36,105 bases of DNA from Chiloscyllium plagiosum (taxonomy: Eukaryota), in contig NW_025214630.1 of the NCBI RefSeq assembly GCF_004010195.1, positions 11,605 to 47,709 on the forward strand, given 5' to 3'. Below, in pieces: positions 32,759 through 36,105 of the stretch. Below the pieces are notes generated by a model. The model searched no databases. It saw nothing but the letters and a program-made list of their open reading frames with translations, and was not told the DNA's origin. Position 1 is the stretch's first letter, and the number at the start of each line of letters is the position of its first letter. A program made the translations under genes and the position numbers.

Positions 32759-33874
32759 CAAGTACAATGAACACTGAAATGTTTAACTCTATTCCCAATG
32801 GGCATATGTCTATCAGCACAGAGGGATTCAAAATAGGACCTCATTTTTCAGTCTTCAGGCTTAACTCTACCAAACTTATGGCACTCCGAGGTGTACGTAC
32901 CAAACACAGAGGACCAGATACAAGCTTAAAGAAATGTAAGATACTTTTAGGCAGGCATGACCCCATTTCAATTAGAAAGTGCGACACTTTCCTTGAAACC
33001 CTATATAACGAGCGTTATTTATAGTTGTGGGATGACCTGAATTCTATAAATTAGAAAATATATCTGTCATGTATTTAATGATAACATTTTTACAATTCCT
33101 GCTCAAGAATATTCTCATTTATAACACTGGAAGTTTAGGTCATGGTTTGAGCATTAAAATGAAGTGTTGTTTTCAGGTCTTCTCACTCTTTCCTCGGAGT
33201 GTGAGGAGAATGGAGAGTGATTCATGGTCTGGCAGATAGCGAGCTTCATGTTCTCTGGCCAGAATCATACTTATACCAACCATGGGCCGCTTAGTTCTTT
33301 ACAGTGTAGGGATTTTATGAGTTGCCATCACCCATAGGATGAATGAGATTATCACACTCACTGGAATTGCGTATCCTAAAGGATGAGGGTGGGGGGGGGG
33401 GGATCCTAAATGATGTCAACCCAGAATTCAGAGTTAGATGGCTAGCCTCTATTTAACTGTACACCTCAGAGAAATATCCAAAAATTGCATCTCCTGACTC
33501 ATTAGTGGAAATGCTACTGTGAAGCTAAAGTGGTTGGCCATATAATGTGGTGGGGATTTATATTTGAATTATAATATACATTTTACTATAGCTCACTCTG
33601 AAGAGCTCCACACTATCCCTCTTCAGGATTCCCCAGGTTCACTCAATTATTCTGTTTCCAATCTCATGCTAACATCTCTCCAGCTTCAAGATTCCCAATC
33701 CTTTGTTGCATATGGAACAAATGCCATTCTTATGTTGAGAAATTTACTGATTAATGTGTGTTTTACGTCAGTTGTAGGCAATTTTTTTCCCATATGGATC
33801 CTCACTCAACCATATGGTAACTTAAAAGACCTTGGTTAAGCAAAAGAATTATTTGAGCACTTCTGGTTAGATAT

Positions 33875-34050
33875 CAAACAAATAATCATCCCTCGCCCAA
33901 AATCACATCAACAAACTGCACATTCATTGCTGTTTCTAGAACCATGCTGTGCACAAAATGAAAGACCACATTTCAAAGGTATTTCATTCATTCTCCATTG
34001 GTTATAAATTATAAATTGATATTGTGATACTATTAACATGGAATTTTTTT
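33875..34050 (+). mobile_element. Ancient Deu-domain SINE (SacSINE1/AmnSINE1-like) remnant
   Basis: ATCCCTC...CATTGCTGTTT...TGCTGTGCACAAAATG...TTCAAAGGTATTTCATT...CATTGGTTATAAA follows the DeuSINE 3' domain order, but is highly diverged. Confidence 0.5.
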
Positions 34051-35639
34051 GTCTTTTTACCAACTAAACTAAGCCCAGCTTTTGCTCAGCATGTCTGACA
34101 TTGGGTTGTGAAAATTTAGTTAAGATTCAGCTGAACAGCTTAATACAATGATATGGAGAATGGGGGGTTGCAGACTAACCACATATTTTGTGACTGGGCA
34201 GTCTGGGCCATCCAGTGGTGTGCTTAAACACTAAAAATTCCCTCTGCAACCACTACTCCTAATCCACAAGAACAAAGAAAACCTAGCAAATGGATTTTCT
34301 CTCTCAATCAATAATACATCCTAAAACTGCCCAAATGACTGAAATGCAAAATGGTCCAGGGATTCCTCCAGTCACAATCTATACATTTTGACAATTTCAA
34401 TCTGCATCCAATTACCTCTCTTGTTCAGAGGAAAGGAAATTCATCATTTCTTGTATATTTGTGTACATGAGATCCATGAATTCTGATATGCTTTACTGAC
34501 AGATGACTGCCTTTGGCATGGGAAAACAGGCTTTCCTAATCAATTCAGTGACAAAGTTCCAAAGAGACTCTTTTAACAGATCATTTAACTTGATTTTACT
34601 TAAAACAATCTCTACTCAAAGCAGCTGTTTCATCAGAACAAAGGGTCATGAAGTTTATTTTTGAGTTAGAAAGGTTTCTCTGGGGCGCAACAATGGGTGA
34701 TTAGCCATATGTTTCTTACCACAGGAGAATTGTGAAAATGTTCACTTTGAGAAGTGTTTATCCTTTTGAGAAATATTTATTCTCATGCCAAATGTGGTGA
34801 ACGTAATTAAAAATCTTCGGTCTGATCAGATGTTATATGGTTAATTGCTCTTAAGTAAATATGCTAAGCAAATTGTTCACTTCAACAGACAAATCAAAAC
34901 CATAGTTTATCTATGTATCACCTGTTTCTGTATTAATTTTGTTGACTTGATGTTTTAGCTGTGAACATTTTTCATTTCAAGCTTATGTATACATTCCTGT
35001 CTTCTAATGCTGATAGTTTAAATCATAGCCATATTCTGCTGAAGTATGGGTATGATCATGTATTGAATAATGGCTACAACAATCTGGGCAGATAAGAGTA
35101 ACAATTTCACATGAATGGATATCAGCAATTCGATCATTCTTAAACCTTACTGTTCCACATGACTGTGGTATTAAAAGATAAAACTTTGCAAGATTTCCTT
35201 TATGTTTCTAACATGTTAATATTGCAAACAGGGGAAAACACTTCACCTTCCAAAGCAAAGCTGAACCCTTCTACATGGGTAAGCGTCAGTAGGGTTGGTC
35301 AAGTTTGTCTAAATGCACCAATAATACATAATGCTGGAAATATTTAGCAGGTCAGGATAGTAAAATTCATACGTCATGTGCACTCCTTCATCTGGACTAT
35401 GTAAGAACAATTTGATTTGTCACAAACGTAGACTTATTGGGACTACAGATGTTTCAGGTTGGGCACCTTGACAATGACTTATTGAGTCGTCTTCTACTAT
35501 GGAACAAAAGCTGATTATAAAAGTTGTCTGAAGGACGAGCTGAAGGAGGTAGCATTTGCTTGTGATTGATTCCCTACCATAAGCAGTGAAGATAGATCTC
35601 TTCAGCCTTATCTATGTAGTTGCGCTTTGAGTTATAGAT

Positions 35640-36020
35640 ATTTGAGTCAGGTAAGAGCAAGTATCCTTCTCGACATAAGGAGACCAAAATTTTACATAAT
35701 ACTCCAGGTGCGATGTCACCAAGTTCATATGCAACTGAAGGAAGACTTCACTACTCCTGTACTCAAATCCTCTGGTGATAAAACCTAGGATTCCATTAGC
35801 CTTCTTACTATTTGCTACACCTGGGTGTTAGCCCTCAGTGATTTATTGACAAACCTTTCTACATCTACACTTTCCAACATCTTACCATTTAAGTAATATT
35901 CTGCATGTCTGTTCCTGTTACGAAATCAGATAACCTCACATTTGCCATATTATATTCAGTCTGGCATGTTCTTGCCCAAGCCACTAAGTCTTCCCAAATG
36001 CTCTTGAAGTGACTTTGCAT
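35640..36020 (-). mobile_element. CR1 LINE RT remnant
   Basis: The reverse complement encodes decayed KCEVI, KKANGILGF and LVTSHLEYYVKFWSP motifs. Confidence 0.8.
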
Positions 36021-36026
36021 TTTTTT

Positions 36027-36105
36027 TTAGAATCCCTACAGTGTGGAAATAGGCCCTTCGGCCCAACAAGTCCACACCGACCCTCCGAAAGAGCAACCCC
36101 CGCAA
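36027..36105 (-). mobile_element. HE1-type SINE 3' end (runs off the window)
   Basis: AGAATCCCTACAGTGTGGAAATAGGCCCTTCGGCCCAACAAGTCCACACCGACCCTCCGAA. Confidence 0.9.

Noticed and set aside
35330..35398. Fifth PLE pLTR/hammerhead relic (ATGCTGGAAATATTTAGCAGGTCAGG...CCTTCATCTGGACT)
   Set aside because: Too decayed: the core reads CAGAUGA, with no GAAA box or intact stems.

Overview
Eukaryotic, repeat-rich genomic DNA, almost certainly from a cartilaginous fish. The evidence is HE1-type tRNA-derived SINEs and HER1/CR1 LINEs; a carpet or bamboo shark is my guess. I can support no intact host protein-coding exon. Layout: (i) 1-2.9 kb is CpG/GC-rich and looks like the promoter, first non-coding exon and first intron of a minus-strand gene running off the left edge. 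(ii) 3.7-18.2 kb is a patchwork of CR1, L2 and other LINE remnants, SINEs, and Penelope-like element (PLE) pieces. The PLE pieces carry four different minimal hammerhead-ribozyme motifs within about 2.3 kb, and one 5'-truncated PLE has a clean 13-bp target-site duplication. (iii) 18189-30840 is a ~12.6-kb array of a 24-bp unit (GGACAGTGAGTCCCGGAGCAGTGT, roughly 520 copies, two N-gaps) with higher-order blocks and a strong CpG-deamination signature. It starts abruptly mid-unit on the left and runs on the right into a LINE-type 3' tail, which suggests a hugely expanded VNTR inside a composite (SVA-like) retroposon. The many long ORFs here arise because the unit is stop-free in 5 of 6 frames. (iv) 31.2-36.1 kb is AT-rich with old repeat remnants. 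Repeat family names come from recognition by eye, and boundaries of degenerate repeats are approximate.
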